Assembly (NCBI GenBank): GCA_050298595.1
Contig: JBNKUM010000094.1
Span: 32,001 to 96,000 of the forward strand
Source: Gammaproteobacteria bacterium
Lineage (GTDB): Bacteria; Pseudomonadota; Gammaproteobacteria; GCA-001735895
DNA length: 64,000 nt
Direction: 5' to 3'
The notes under the pieces are model-generated. The model was not told the origin of the DNA and searched no databases. It worked only from the letters and a program-made list of their open reading frames with translations. Every line of letters starts with the position of its first letter. Positions within the stretch are counted from its first letter, which is position 1. The position numbers and the translations under genes are program-made. Below are positions 1 through 10,496 of the stretch, piece after piece.

Positions 1-1
1 C

Positions 2-916
2 GGCTGCTTTAGGGGCTGTGTCGCCGACGGAGATGGTCCATGCTCTAACTTCCTGTACACCGGCGGTGAAATAGGTTTGCAGATGTAGCAGGTGATAGCC
101 AGCATGGATAACGCGGTCAAGGCCGGGTTCTTCCAGACCTAGCTCATCGAGAAACTCTTTGGCTTCGTCGGCATCCAGTTCAGCGATATCAGCTTCTATG
201 GAGGCACACACGGGTACTACGTCGGCATTTTCTTTGGCGGCGTATTCGCGTAATGCGTCGAGGTGCGGATTATTTTCAAAACCGTCCTCGGATACATTGG
301 CAATATACAGAGTGGGTTTTGCGGTAATCAGATGTAGCTCTTTCATCCAGGCTTTTTCGTTGTCTTCGATTTCCAGACTGCGTGCGGAATTGCCTTCGGA
401 GATATGTGCCTGAACCTTTTGCAGAAAGGCGTATTTGGCTTTGGCTTCCTTATCATTGGATTTGGCAAGTTTTGCTGAGCGCTCTACCTGACGGTCGACT
501 GATTCCATGTCGGCCAGTAGTAATTCGGTGTTAATGGTGTCAATGTCACTGATGGGGTCTATGGTGCCATTGACGTGTACGATGTCGGTGTTTTCGAAGC
601 AGCGTACGACCTGTGCGATGGCGTCGGTTTCACGGATGTGCCCGAGAAACTTGTTGCCCAACCCTTCGCCTTTAGACGCTCCAGCAACCAGACCAGCGAT
701 ATCGACAAATTCCATGGTGGTGGGGATGATTTTTTTTGGAAGAATGATGTCGGCAATCTGTTGCATGCGTTTATCGGGTACTTCTACTACGCCGACATTG
801 GGGTCGATGGTGCAGAAGGGGTAGTTCTCTGCTGCGATGCCCGCTTTAGTGAGGGAATTGAACAGGGTGGATTTCCCGACATTGGGTAGACCGACGATGC
901 CACATTTAAAGCCCAT
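2..916 (-). CDS. ychF: Redox-regulated ATPase YchF (OBG family), 3' end truncated by the window edge
   Basis: Not in the ORF track. Reverse complement from ATG at 916 reads [17 protein letters not shown] (P-loop), then FCTIDPNVG and DIAGLV. Lies downstream of pth as usual. Confidence 0.96.
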   Translation of the reverse strand, partial: MGFKCGIVGLPNVGKSTLFNSLTKAGIAAENYPFCTIDPNVGVVEVPDKRMQQIADIILPKKIIPTTMEFVDIAGLVAGASKGEGLGNKFLGHIRETDAIAQVVRCFENTDIVHVNGTIDPISDIDTINTELLLADMESVDRQVERSAKLAKSNDKEAKAKYAFLQKVQAHISEGNSARSLEIEDNEKAWMKELHLITAKPTLYIANVSEDGFENNPHLDALREYAAKENADVVPVCASIEADIAELDADEAKEFLDELGLEEPGLDRVIHAGYHLLHLQTYFTAGVQEVRAWTISVGDTAPKAA

Positions 917-920
917 GATG

Positions 921-1511
921 CTATTCCTGTTTAGTGTGTAACTGCTGCATGGCTTTTTCGAATTCGCCACTCAGCAAGGTTGGTATGATATTTATGGAGC
1001 GTTGGTTTGCATCCAGTATGTTTTCGAGATCAATCTTTGACGGATTTTTAAGTACGTAGTTAACCACCTGATTTCGATCTCCAGGATGGCCTATACCGAT
1101 ACGTAAGCGGTAAAATTCCTTACCGATATGATTGATAATATCGCGTAATCCATTGTGCCCGCCATGTCCGCCAGATTTCTTTAATCGGTTATCACCAGGT
1201 TGCAGGTCGAGTTCATCGTGCATCACCAGAATTTGTTCAGGCTCAATCTTGAAATATCTGGAAACTGCGGCAACCGACTGGCCACTTTTGTTCATGAAGG
1301 TGGAGGGTTTGAGTAGATGGATATCTTTAGAGTGCATAAGAAATTTACCAACTTCACCGTGGAAGCGGGTTTCGTTACGCATTGAAATACACTGATCTCT
1401 TGCGATCTCGTCAATCAACCAGAACCCTGCATTATGCCGTGTAGAATGATAATTGGCCCCGGGGTTGCCGAGGCCAACAATCAGGCGTATATCAGCTTTC
1501 TGGGCTGCCAT
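921..1511 (-). CDS. pth: Peptidyl-tRNA hydrolase
   Basis: [31 protein letters not shown] and GGHNGLR motifs; rplY-pth-ychF synteny. Confidence 0.98.
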   Translation of the reverse strand: MAAQKADIRLIVGLGNPGANYHSTRHNAGFWLIDEIARDQCISMRNETRFHGEVGKFLMHSKDIHLLKPSTFMNKSGQSVAAVSRYFKIEPEQILVMHDELDLQPGDNRLKKSGGHGGHNGLRDIINHIGKEFYRLRIGIGHPGDRNQVVNYVLKNPSKIDLENILDANQRSINIIPTLLSGEFEKAMQQLHTKQE

Positions 1512-1529
1512 AGCTCACCCTTGATGATG

Positions 1530-2171
1530 CTACTCTTCAGTAGCGCTGCCAGCTTCTGCTGCTGCATCTTCAGCGGCGTCAGCTTTGGTTTCACGAGTTT
1601 TGTGAACCGCTGCCACACCGGTGTCGTGGTCTTCACCGTGTGTCAGTGCAACAATCTCAATACCTTTTGGTAATTTGATGTCTGACAGGTGCATGCTTTC
1701 ACCCAGTTTGAGTTCTGTTACATCCAGTTCCAGATACTCAGGCAGGTCTTTAGGTAGACACATGATTTCTACTTCAGATTGAAGATGGTTGAGGAGTCCG
1801 CCTTCGGTCTTCACGCCATAACATTTGTCTTCGTTGATAAAGTGGATAGGAACAGATACGTGAATAGATTTTTTCTGGTCGATGCGTAGAAAATCAGCGT
1901 GCATGATCAGGTTTTTGAAAGGATGACGTTGTAGATCACGCAGGATGACATCTTCCTTTTTCTTACCCAGTTTCAGTGAAAGAATCTGAGTGTAGATGGC
2001 TTCATTGTCCAGTTGGTTGATGAATTCGTTGTGATCTAAAGTGATAGAAACAGGCTCTGCGTCTCCACCATAAATAATTGCGGGTATTAGTCCATTCTTA
2101 CGTAGGCGGCGGCTCGCACCTTTCCCCAGGTCAGAACGGGTTTCAGCATTCAGTTCGATTAAATCGGACAT
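1530..2171 (-). CDS. rplY: 50S ribosomal protein L25 / general stress protein Ctc (long form)
   Basis: GKGASRRLR, IPAIIYGG, QRHPF..HADF; C-terminal TL5/Ctc domain. Confidence 0.97.
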   Translation of the reverse strand: MSDLIELNAETRSDLGKGASRRLRKNGLIPAIIYGGDAEPVSITLDHNEFINQLDNEAIYTQILSLKLGKKKEDVILRDLQRHPFKNLIMHADFLRIDQKKSIHVSVPIHFINEDKCYGVKTEGGLLNHLQSEVEIMCLPKDLPEYLELDVTELKLGESMHLSDIKLPKGIEIVALTHGEDHDTGVAAVHKTRETKADAAEDAAAEAGSATEE

Positions 2172-2187
2172 AGATGTAACTCCAGTT

Positions 2188-2213
2188 AAAAATAAAAAAC
2201 CACCTTACGGTGG
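2188..2213 (-). terminator. Intrinsic terminator-like hairpin between prs and rplY
   Basis: Minus strand CCACC-GTAA-GGTGG followed by TTTTTTATTTTT. Confidence 0.6.
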
Positions 2214-2220
2214 GGTGCAA

Positions 2221-2244
2221 CCTCTCCTTGCGACCAGGAAAGGG
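2221..2244 (-). promoter_or_regulatory. Putative L25 (rplY) mRNA leader hairpin
   Basis: Minus strand CCTTTCCT-GGTCGCA-AGGAGAGG stem-loop. A CTGGTCGC-containing hairpin upstream of rplY is recalled as typical of proteobacterial L25 leaders; not checked against a covariance model. Confidence 0.55.
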
Positions 2245-2247
2245 TCT

Positions 2248-3210
2248 TTAGTCCATATATAATGAACTAACAGATTCTTCAAAATGGATGCGGCGTATGG
2301 TTTCTGCCAGCATCCAGGCGATAGATACGGTGCGTATCTTATCGCAGGCCTGAGCCTCTTCCGACAGAGGTATGGTGTCGGTAACAACCAGTTTGTTGAT
2401 GACTGAGCTGTTTAAATTTTCCAGCGCCTTTCCAGAAAGAACCGGATGCGTACAATAGGCAAATACACCCAGGGCCCCATGTTCTTTTAGTGCATTAGCC
2501 GCCTGGCATAAGGTGCCGGCAGTGTCTACCATGTCATCGACTATGATGCAGGTTTTGCCTTTTACATCGCCGATGATATGCATCACCTTGGCCTGATTAG
2601 GCTTGGGGCGACGTTTATCGATGATAGCCAGTTCGGTATCACCCAGTTGCTTGGCAACGGCACGTGCTCTGACTACACCGCCTACATCGGGAGATACCAC
2701 GATCATCTCGGGGTATTTCTGTTTCCAGATATCACCCATCAGAATGGGGGATGCGTAGACATTATCTACCGGGCGATCAAAAAAGCCCTGAATCTGATCA
2801 GCATGTAGATCGACAGTTAAAACGCGATCTATACCCACGCTGGTAAGCATATCGGCCACCACCTTGGCAGTGATAGGCACCCGAGCTGAGCGGACTCGAC
2901 GATCCTGCCGGGCATAACCAAAGTAAGGGATTACTGCAGTAATACGATAAGCCGAAGCGCGTTTCATGGCGTCGATCATTACCAGCAATTCCATTAAATT
3001 ATCGTTAGTGGGTTTGCAGGTAGGTTGAATGATAAAAACGTCTTTACCACGCACGTTTTCATGAATCTCTACGGAGATTTCGCCATCGCTGAAGCAGGTT
3101 ACGTTAGCCTGTCCTAGAGGGATGTCCAGATGGCGAGTGATTGCTTGTGCTAGATCAGGGTTGGCATTACCCGTGAACACCATTATGTCATGTGCGACGT
3201 TACCGACCAT
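2248..3210 (-). CDS. prs: Ribose-phosphate pyrophosphokinase
   Basis: [40 protein letters not shown]. Start placed at ATG 3210; the ORF track extends to a TTG at 3219. Confidence 0.97.
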   Translation of the reverse strand: MVGNVAHDIMVFTGNANPDLAQAITRHLDIPLGQANVTCFSDGEISVEIHENVRGKDVFIIQPTCKPTNDNLMELLVMIDAMKRASAYRITAVIPYFGYARQDRRVRSARVPITAKVVADMLTSVGIDRVLTVDLHADQIQGFFDRPVDNVYASPILMGDIWKQKYPEMIVVSPDVGGVVRARAVAKQLGDTELAIIDKRRPKPNQAKVMHIIGDVKGKTCIIVDDMVDTAGTLCQAANALKEHGALGVFAYCTHPVLSGKALENLNSSVINKLVVTDTIPLSEEAQACDKIRTVSIAWMLAETIRRIHFEESVSSLYMD

Positions 3211-3237
3211 CTGATTCAACGCTGTGTAATGAGAAAA

Positions 3238-3312
3238 TGGCTGGGCCGGCAGGATTCGAACCTGCGCATGCTGGGATCAAAACCCAGTGCCTTACCGCTT
3301 GGCGACGGCCCA
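3238..3312 (-). tRNA. tRNA-Gln (anticodon TTG)
   Basis: Minus strand TGGGCCGTCGCCAAGCGGTAAGGCACTGGGTTTTGATCCCAGCATGCGCAGGTTCGAATCCTGCCGGCCCAGCCA: 75 nt cloverleaf, TTG anticodon, GTTCGAATC T-loop, encoded CCA; classic ispE-tRNA-Gln-prs position. Confidence 0.97.
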
Positions 3313-3330
3313 ATAAACTTTTACTACCTG

Positions 3331-4170
3331 CTAAAAGCAGATCTCAGTGACGGGATTTCTGTCTAGCCCCTGGGCGACATATCCGGTCCACTGCTCCGGG
3401 ATTTGCGATTTTACGCTATTTGCTTTTTCAGCACTATCAAATGCTGCAAATATACAGGCCCCTGTACCTGTCATTCTGGCTGGACTAAACTGATTCAACC
3501 AGTTCAATGCATGTTGTATCTCAGGATACAGTTTGCATGCGACAGGTTCGCATACGTTAGAACCCTGCCCTTCCAGAAAGGCGCGTATTTTGATGGGATG
3601 ACTATCTCGTGTCAAATGCTTAGATGAAAAAATTTGCCCTGTAGACACAAAAAATTGTGGATGAAGTACCAAATACCACTTTTTTGGTAAATTTATCACC
3701 TCAAGTTGCTCACCGACACCCTCAGCCCAGGCATTTTGCCCAAAAATAAAAACCGGTACATCAGCGCCTAATTCGAGACCGATTTTGCGTAAGGCTTCAT
3801 TTTTGAGGCCGAGTTGCCATAGCAGGTTGAGTGCCATCAGTGTACTGGCTGCATCAGAACTGCCACCGCCCAGACCTCCGCCCATGGGAATGGTTTTCTG
3901 CAAAGAGATATCGACCCCTTGTGTGACTGCATAGCGTTGCTGGAGTAAACGAGCTGCGCGGATGACCAGATCCTGCTCCGGGTCTACAGGGCTGTTACTA
4001 GAGCTGCGCTGGATGATGCTGTCTTCAGTTACCCGAAAAGTTATTTCATCATTCAGGTCGATGAATTGAAAAACAGTCTGTAGCAGGTGGTAGCCATCCT
4101 CGCGTTGCCCGGTGATATGTAGCATCAGGTTTAGCTTGGCTGGTGATTTTAATGTTAAGGTGGCTTGCAT
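3331..4170 (-). CDS. ispE: 4-diphosphocytidyl-2-C-methyl-D-erythritol kinase
   Basis: SPAKLNLMLHI, GYHLLQTVF, IPMGGGLGGGSSDAA (GHMP motif), LGADVP. Confidence 0.97.
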   Translation of the reverse strand: MQATLTLKSPAKLNLMLHITGQREDGYHLLQTVFQFIDLNDEITFRVTEDSIIQRSSSNSPVDPEQDLVIRAARLLQQRYAVTQGVDISLQKTIPMGGGLGGGSSDAASTLMALNLLWQLGLKNEALRKIGLELGADVPVFIFGQNAWAEGVGEQLEVINLPKKWYLVLHPQFFVSTGQIFSSKHLTRDSHPIKIRAFLEGQGSNVCEPVACKLYPEIQHALNWLNQFSPARMTGTGACIFAAFDSAEKANSVKSQIPEQWTGYVAQGLDRNPVTEICF

Positions 4171-4171
4171 G

Positions 4172-4825
4172 TCATTCTGGGAAATCAGAAAACAGGGGTG
4201 AGGTTTCGGTCGCCGATTCTGTTGTCCATTGATCGATAACTATCTTCAGTGCGAGATTTTCATGCTTCAGGTACAGTTTGTGAGGCAGTTCGAGTTGCAG
4301 GTCTGGTGCTAGCGTTGTGAGCTCGTAATCGAAGTAATTGATTTTCCATCCATCCTGGGTAAGAGTCGTCGCTCGGCCATCGGCGTCAATATCTGGCAGA
4401 TAAGGTGGGTTTTCATGGGGCACTCCTTTGATCCAGCTTTCCAGACCTTCTACGGGCAGTGTGAGCTGGGTGGTCTGGGCGAGCAATTGCTGGGCGTTAT
4501 GGCCGTAATAGGTTTCACCGTCTCTTGTGGTCATTTCAGCCTGTTCAGGCGTTTTTTCAAGACGTATCATGCCCTGTCCCAGTGCAGCCTCAAGATTCAA
4601 CAGGTGATGCTGGCTTTTTCGTGTCCAGCTCATGCCGAGGTTGTAGACCTTGTCATCAACAAATATTGCGACACGTCCACGAATAGCCCAGTTTACAAAC
4701 GGTTTAAGCTGTTGCTGTCGTTGCTCCCATAGTCGATAGCTTTCTTCGGTGACTGGCTTTTGGGGCAAGCTGGCGCAAGCAGAGATAACAGCCACCAGTA
4801 GTGACAGTAATATATTTCGCAACAT
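4172..4825 (-). CDS. lolB: Outer-membrane lipoprotein insertase LolB
   Basis: Lipobox ISAC; LPVEGLESWIKG, QDGWKINY, LKIVIDQW; immediately upstream of ispE. Confidence 0.9.
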   Translation of the reverse strand: MLRNILLSLLVAVISACASLPQKPVTEESYRLWEQRQQQLKPFVNWAIRGRVAIFVDDKVYNLGMSWTRKSQHHLLNLEAALGQGMIRLEKTPEQAEMTTRDGETYYGHNAQQLLAQTTQLTLPVEGLESWIKGVPHENPPYLPDIDADGRATTLTQDGWKINYFDYELTTLAPDLQLELPHKLYLKHENLALKIVIDQWTTESATETSPLFSDFPE

Positions 4826-4841
4826 GAGAAGTTTAGCCAGA

Positions 4842-6563
4842 TTATTGCTGAGTAAACTGTTTCATCACTTTTATTATGTACGGATTATCGGGTAACTTTT
4901 CTAGCACACGGGTCCAGACATCCATGGCTTCCTGATGCGCGCCTGTCACCCAAAGTACCTCTCCCAGATGGGCGGCAATTTCGCCATCTTCAAACTGTGC
5001 CAGAGCTTTACGCAACAATCTGATGGCTTCTGCATTGTTTCCGAGGCGGTAGTTTATCCATCCAAAGCTATCGATGACTGCCGGATCTTCGGGCTTGAGT
5101 TCAATCGCGCGTTTTAAATAGTCATAAGCTTCCTGCAGGCGATCGGTTCTGTCAGCCAGGGTGAATCCGAGAGCATTTAATGCATGCGCATTATCCGGTT
5201 CGGTTTTCAGGATGGTGAGCATATCGCTTTCAAGCAGCTCCAGATTGTCGACTTTTTCACCTGTCAGGCCACGTGCATATAACAGGTCTATATTGCCGGG
5301 GATAATGGTTAATGCTTTGTTATATTCCTTAATCGCATCATTAAAGCGATCTGCGCTTTTCAGGATTTCACCTTTTGCCAGATAGATTCGCACCAGAGAT
5401 GATTTTGATTGGCTGGCATCTGCCATTTTGTCCAGGGATCCCATTGCCGTTTCGATTTTGCCCTGCTGGGCTATTAATGTGGCTGAACGGATCTGGGCGT
5501 CAAAATTGTATTCTCCGCCAGAGACTTTAAGGTACCAGCTTACGGCTTTGTCAGGTTGGTTGCGGCTTTCAAAAATACGCCCAAGGTAATATCGAGCTTC
5601 GTTGGTTCTCTTGTTGAGTGAGAGCAAGCGGGTCAGATATTTTTCTGCCGCATCAAAGCGTTGAGCTTCCAGCGATAAAAGTCCCAGTGTGTATAGCAGG
5701 TCGGGATCATTTGGTGCTAGCAGGTGGAGCTTTTCAAATTCTATACGTGCAGTTTCATACTCTTTTACATCGACCAGCAGTCTGGCGTAGGCGAGCCTGA
5801 GCTGTTTGTTATCCGGTTTGCTCAGTACTGCCCGCTTCAGGCTGATTACGGCTTCTTCGCGCTGACCTAACTTGATCAGTATCTTGGCGCGTAAGGCGTG
5901 TGCATCTGGTATGTCCTTGATATGTAAAGCGCTATCTAGATACTCAAGTGCTTCTTCAGAATGATTGGCGTTGGCAGCCAGGTTGGCATGCAGAAAATTG
6001 GCGTAAGCATAGCCGCTGTAATTGTCAGCAATTCTTTTAGATACCTTTAGAACGGTTTCAGTATTATTTTCACGTGCTAATAGATTGAGCAGAGATGCAA
6101 ATAACTGATCATCGATGGTGGGGTGGCTTTCAATGACCTGTTTGATGTAGTGAAAAGCTTTTTCGTCGTCTCCCTGTCGGATATAAATGGCAGCGAGTAC
6201 CTGTTGGGCTTCATTGCGCTCAGGCTGTAACTCGATCCAGCGTTCAGCTGCGCGTTGGGCTGAGTCGATATCCTGACCATAGATCGCAATTCGTACTGCT
6301 CGTTCAGCTATTTTGGGGTCGTCCTGAGACAGAGCCAGAGCCAGATAATTACGGATTGCGGTTTCCGTTTCTCCGCTATTCACAGCTATTTCTGCAATCA
6401 TTAACTGGTAGACAGGATCTTTATCACTAGAAGTTGTGACTTCCAGAGGGACAATCCGGGCGGCCTGGTGTCCGACATAACCGGTTTCTGGCTTGTTCAG
6501 CGTGGCACACCCGGTTAAAACGAAGCTTAATAATAATGGGTAAGCTATTAATCTGTAGTACAT
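4842..6563 (-). CDS. TPR-repeat lipoprotein (LbcA-like)
   Basis: Lipobox LTGC; many TPR helices; C-terminal ALNALGFTLAD..IDSFGW..EIAAHLGEVLW; located between lolB and hemA. Confidence 0.85.
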   Translation of the reverse strand: MYYRLIAYPLLLSFVLTGCATLNKPETGYVGHQAARIVPLEVTTSSDKDPVYQLMIAEIAVNSGETETAIRNYLALALSQDDPKIAERAVRIAIYGQDIDSAQRAAERWIELQPERNEAQQVLAAIYIRQGDDEKAFHYIKQVIESHPTIDDQLFASLLNLLARENNTETVLKVSKRIADNYSGYAYANFLHANLAANANHSEEALEYLDSALHIKDIPDAHALRAKILIKLGQREEAVISLKRAVLSKPDNKQLRLAYARLLVDVKEYETARIEFEKLHLLAPNDPDLLYTLGLLSLEAQRFDAAEKYLTRLLSLNKRTNEARYYLGRIFESRNQPDKAVSWYLKVSGGEYNFDAQIRSATLIAQQGKIETAMGSLDKMADASQSKSSLVRIYLAKGEILKSADRFNDAIKEYNKALTIIPGNIDLLYARGLTGEKVDNLELLESDMLTILKTEPDNAHALNALGFTLADRTDRLQEAYDYLKRAIELKPEDPAVIDSFGWINYRLGNNAEAIRLLRKALAQFEDGEIAAHLGEVLWVTGAHQEAMDVWTRVLEKLPDNPYIIKVMKQFTQQ

Positions 6564-6660
6564 GTAACGATAACCCTTTGGTTTATGGTCAATATCTGTG
6601 AAGTTTCAGTCGACCCGCTTGAAATTACGGGCTCGAGTTTAGCACTCAGCGTCAGGTGCG

Positions 6661-6676
6661 AGAAGAATATTCTTCT
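6661..6676. repeat. Perfect 16-bp palindrome in the TPR-lipoprotein/hemA divergent promoter region
   Basis: AGAAGAATATTCTTCT is its own reverse complement. Confidence 0.5.
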
Positions 6677-6799
6677 GATCGTACAATTCAGCGATTGTTC
6701 AATAAAAGACCTGATTACGCCCTTATTAGTGTAGCTTAAACTTGCTATTCGGGATTTTATCCCCGAAAATTGCGCGTTCGATCAATTCTGTTGTAACGC

Positions 6800-8050
6800 A
6801 TGCCTTTACTCGCCCTGGGAATCAACCATCAAACTGCACCGGTAGCAATCCGTGAAAACATTACTTTTGCTCCAGAACAGATGGATCAGGCTTTGCAGCA
6901 GGCTACAGCTTTAAAGGGTGTTAACGAAGCAGTCATTGTCTCTACCTGCAATCGTACCGAATTGTATTGCGAAGTGGCTGATCAGTATGAGGATTCAATT
7001 ACTTGCTGGTTATCTGAATTTCATCAGTTGGAGAATGGTGAGTTAAAGCCTTATCTCTACCACTACAGGGATCAGGATGCTGCACGGCATTTATTCAGGG
7101 TTGCCAGTGGGCTGGATTCGCTGGTTTTGGGTGAGCCACAGATTCTGGGGCAATTAAAAACAGCATTCGAAAAAGCGAAAAGCAATCAGTCGGTGAAAAC
7201 TGTGCTGGGAAGGTTGTTTCAGCATGGGTTTACCGTAGCCAAAAAAGTAAGAACCGATACTGCAATAGGTTCCAATCCAGTATCTGTTGCATTTGCCGCA
7301 GTATCGCTGTCGAAACAGATATTTGGTGATCTATCCAGCTTGAATGCACTGATGATTGGTGCGGGTGAAACTATAGAGCTTGCTGCGCGTCACCTGAAAG
7401 GGCAGGGGATTGGGTCAATTACAATTTCCAATCGTACTCTGGAAAGAGCGCAGAATCTGGCAGATGAACTGGGTGCTACAGCGATTACCATTGGCGAAAT
7501 ACCCGAGCAGCTGGTGAAATCAGATATCGTCATTTCTTCAACCGCCAGTCAGCTGCCTATTCTTGGTAAGGGGGCTACCGAGACCGCGTTGAAGGCTCGT
7601 AAGCATCGGCCTATATTTATGGTTGATCTGGCGGTGCCTCGAGATATTGAGTCGCAGGTTGGGGAGCTGGACGATGTCTTCCTGTACACTGTCGATGACC
7701 TGAAAGAAGTTATAGATGAGAATCGCCGCAGCCGCGAAGAGGCGGCAAATGAAGCGATGGATATCATCCAGGTAGAGGTACAGCATTTTAGTCACTGGAT
7801 TAAAACTCATCAGTCGGCTGATGAAATTCGCTTATTGCGTAATCAGTCTGATCGCATCAGGCAGGAATGCCTGAAAAAAGCGCAGCAGATGCTGGAACAC
7901 AAAGAAGATCCAGTCAAAGTACTGGAAACCCTGGCATCAAACCTGACCAATAAACTGATGCATGGTCCAACCGTGCAAATGCGTAAAGCATTAAAAGAAG
8001 ACAACGCAGAACTGATCCAGTTGCTGCATTCACTAGTTAAAGACAGCTAG
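6800..8050 (+). CDS. hemA: Glutamyl-tRNA reductase
   Basis: [15 protein letters not shown] (catalytic Cys), [28 protein letters not shown]. Confidence 0.98.
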   Translation: MPLLALGINHQTAPVAIRENITFAPEQMDQALQQATALKGVNEAVIVSTCNRTELYCEVADQYEDSITCWLSEFHQLENGELKPYLYHYRDQDAARHLFRVASGLDSLVLGEPQILGQLKTAFEKAKSNQSVKTVLGRLFQHGFTVAKKVRTDTAIGSNPVSVAFAAVSLSKQIFGDLSSLNALMIGAGETIELAARHLKGQGIGSITISNRTLERAQNLADELGATAITIGEIPEQLVKSDIVISSTASQLPILGKGATETALKARKHRPIFMVDLAVPRDIESQVGELDDVFLYTVDDLKEVIDENRRSREEAANEAMDIIQVEVQHFSHWIKTHQSADEIRLLRNQSDRIRQECLKKAQQMLEHKEDPVKVLETLASNLTNKLMHGPTVQMRKALKEDNAELIQLLHSLVKDS

Positions 8051-8084
8051 CTGCTGTCATCATTCGATATTTTCGAGGCAATCG

Positions 8085-9173
8085 ATGAAACCATCCATTC
8101 TGGGTAAATTAGAGCTATTAAGCGCACGACATGAAGAAATTGCGGGTCTGCTCTCTGAGCCTGAAGTGATTAATGATCAAAACAGGTTTCGTAACCTGTC
8201 AATGGAATATTCCCAGTTGGAAGATGTGGTGAAGGCCTTTGATCAATATCAGGAAGTGCAGCAGGATCTTCAGGGCGCACAGGAAATGCTTAAGGAAGAC
8301 GATGCCGAAATGCGCGAAATGGCGCAGGAAGAAATCAACGATGCCGAAGATCGCATGCAGGCACTGGAGCTGGAATTACAGAAGCTGCTACTGCCCAAAG
8401 ACCCTAACGATAACAGCAACGTGTTTCTCGAAATCCGTGCGGGAACCGGTGGTGATGAAGCAGCTATCTTTGCTGGGGATTTATTTCGCATGTATAGTCG
8501 TTTTGCTGAAACCAAACGCTGGCAGATTGAAGTACTCAACAGTAACGAAGGTGAGCATGGTGGCTATAAAGAGGTTATTGCCAGGATTATCGGGCAAGGC
8601 GCTTACTCCTATCTGAAATTTGAATCGGGTGCGCATCGTGTGCAACGTGTACCGGAAACAGAATCGCAGGGGCGGGTGCATACCTCCGCAGCTACGGTTG
8701 CTGTTATTCCTGAAGCCGAAGATGTGGAAAAGATTGAAATTAACCCTGCTGATCTACGCGTGGATACCTTTCGCGCATCTGGCGCGGGTGGGCAGCACGT
8801 TAATAAAACCGATTCAGCCATACGCTTAACTCATATACCCACCGGCACAGTGGTTGAATGCCAGGATGAGCGCTCACAACACAAAAATAAGGCGCGTGCG
8901 ATGTCATTATTACAGGCCCGAATCTATGATGCTGAAAAACAGAAGCAGGAAAAAGAGCAGGCCGCAGAACGTAAGTCGCTGGTGGGCAGTGGAGATCGTT
9001 CAGAGCGAATTAGGACCTATAACTTTCCGCAGGGCCGTATGACCGATCACCGTATCAACCTGACTCTGTACAAGCTGGATGACATTATGAATGGCGGGCT
9101 AGGCCAGGTGGTCGATCCGCTCATGAATGAGTATCAGGCTGAGCAGTTAGCCAATCTGTCGGAAGATAACTAA
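8085..9173 (+). CDS. prfA: Peptide chain release factor 1
   Basis: GGQ motif (GAGGQHVN), RF1-type PET tripeptide (RVPETE), [11 protein letters not shown]. Confidence 0.98.
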   Translation: MKPSILGKLELLSARHEEIAGLLSEPEVINDQNRFRNLSMEYSQLEDVVKAFDQYQEVQQDLQGAQEMLKEDDAEMREMAQEEINDAEDRMQALELELQKLLLPKDPNDNSNVFLEIRAGTGGDEAAIFAGDLFRMYSRFAETKRWQIEVLNSNEGEHGGYKEVIARIIGQGAYSYLKFESGAHRVQRVPETESQGRVHTSAATVAVIPEAEDVEKIEINPADLRVDTFRASGAGGQHVNKTDSAIRLTHIPTGTVVECQDERSQHKNKARAMSLLQARIYDAEKQKQEKEQAAERKSLVGSGDRSERIRTYNFPQGRMTDHRINLTLYKLDDIMNGGLGQVVDPLMNEYQAEQLANLSEDN

Positions 9174-9186
9174 ATTTTTGTTTGCC

Positions 9187-10047
9187 ATGGGTAATAGTAT
9201 TCGGCAGCAATTGCAATGGGCTACTGGCGTACTTGAATCGATTACCTGTAGCGCCCGCCTGGACAGTGAAATTTTGCTGGCATTCTGTCTGCAGAAAGAG
9301 CGCAGCTATTTGATGACCTGGCCGGAGTTGGAATTGACTCAGCAGCAACTGGAGTGCTTTCAGGGTCTAATTCGCAAACGCCTGCAGCCACAGCCAATTG
9401 CCTACCTCACTGGTGAGAAAGAGTTTTATTCGTTAACCCTGAAAACCACTGCTGCAACGCTGGTGCCCAGACCCGAGACCGAGATGCTGGTGGATAAGGT
9501 GCTGGAATTGACTGGCAATATAGCAGAGCCCGAGATTCTGGAGCTGGGTACTGGCACGGGTGCCATAGCCTTGTCAATAAAACAACATTCACCAAAAAGT
9601 AAAATACTGGCAACCGATGTCAGCCAGGCTGCTCTGGATGTGGCGCAGGTAAATGCCGCACAGCACCATCTGGATGTAGAGTTCATCCTGTCTGACTGGT
9701 TTCAAGGGGTCAATCAGCAAAGGCGCTTCGATGTTATCGTATCCAACCCACCCTATATCGCCAATCACGACCCCTATTTAAGCCAGGGGGATCTGCCTGC
9801 AGAACCCCAGTTGGCACTGACCAGTGGTGACGATGGCTTGCAGGCTCTGACCCGGATAATCACATCAGCCGATTTATTTCTCAAACCCGGAGGCTGGCTG
9901 GTTCTTGAACATGGCTATGACCAGCAACAATCAGTAAATAATTTGTTTCAAAATCAAGGATATGCGCAAGTGGAAACATTGGTGGATTTTAATCAGCTGC
10001 CACGTATGAGCGTAGCGCAAAGGCCGGTAGTATTATTAACTAGTTGA
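9187..10047 (+). CDS. prmC: Release factor glutamine methyltransferase
   Basis: LVPRPETE, ELGTGTGAIA, VSNPPY; follows prfA. Start placed at ATG 9187. Confidence 0.96.
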   Translation: MGNSIRQQLQWATGVLESITCSARLDSEILLAFCLQKERSYLMTWPELELTQQQLECFQGLIRKRLQPQPIAYLTGEKEFYSLTLKTTAATLVPRPETEMLVDKVLELTGNIAEPEILELGTGTGAIALSIKQHSPKSKILATDVSQAALDVAQVNAAQHHLDVEFILSDWFQGVNQQRRFDVIVSNPPYIANHDPYLSQGDLPAEPQLALTSGDDGLQALTRIITSADLFLKPGGWLVLEHGYDQQQSVNNLFQNQGYAQVETLVDFNQLPRMSVAQRPVVLLTS

Positions 10048-10078
10048 TATTTTAAAAATCACGGCGTAGGCTTAGCCT

Positions 10079-10483
10079 ATGAGTGATGAAAGTCTAATAA
10101 GAAAAAGAATTGTTTGTCTAGCCGATAACGGTACTCAGAATCAGGCAGAAGAAGCCTGTGCGGCACTGATTGGTATACGTGGTGTACAGCAGGCATACCC
10201 CCTCAGTAAGAACCGCATCTCTTTAATTTTCTCTCTGGAGTATCTATCCTTTGAATTGATTGAGTCACTTCTAAAGGAGCTGGGGTATACTCTCGATCAT
10301 AATATTTTCATAGTCATCCGACGCCATATCTACCAGTATCTGGAGGATAACGCGCGTGAAAAAATGGAGTTAAAACGGCAGGAAGAGCATCAGCAACAGC
10401 GTGAACAACAGGTGCTTATGTGCAACATAGATACCGATATGCCGCATGATGAGCCTGAAAAGTACTGGAATAAATATCGTTAG
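10079..10483 (+). CDS. Hypothetical protein, possible HMA/ferredoxin-like N-terminal fold without CxxC
   Basis: 134 aa ORF filling the gap between prmC and the convergent DUF971 gene; pattern ..LIGIRGV..ISLIFSL..IESLLKELGY resembles HMA-like domains. Confidence 0.6.
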   Translation: MSDESLIRKRIVCLADNGTQNQAEEACAALIGIRGVQQAYPLSKNRISLIFSLEYLSFELIESLLKELGYTLDHNIFIVIRRHIYQYLEDNAREKMELKRQEEHQQQREQQVLMCNIDTDMPHDEPEKYWNKYR

Positions 10484-10496
10484 GGCTAACAGGCTC

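Noticed and set aside
3238-3312. tRNA-Gln as an integration site
   Set aside because: Flanked directly by ispE and prs, with no integrase and no duplicated tRNA 3' end noticed.
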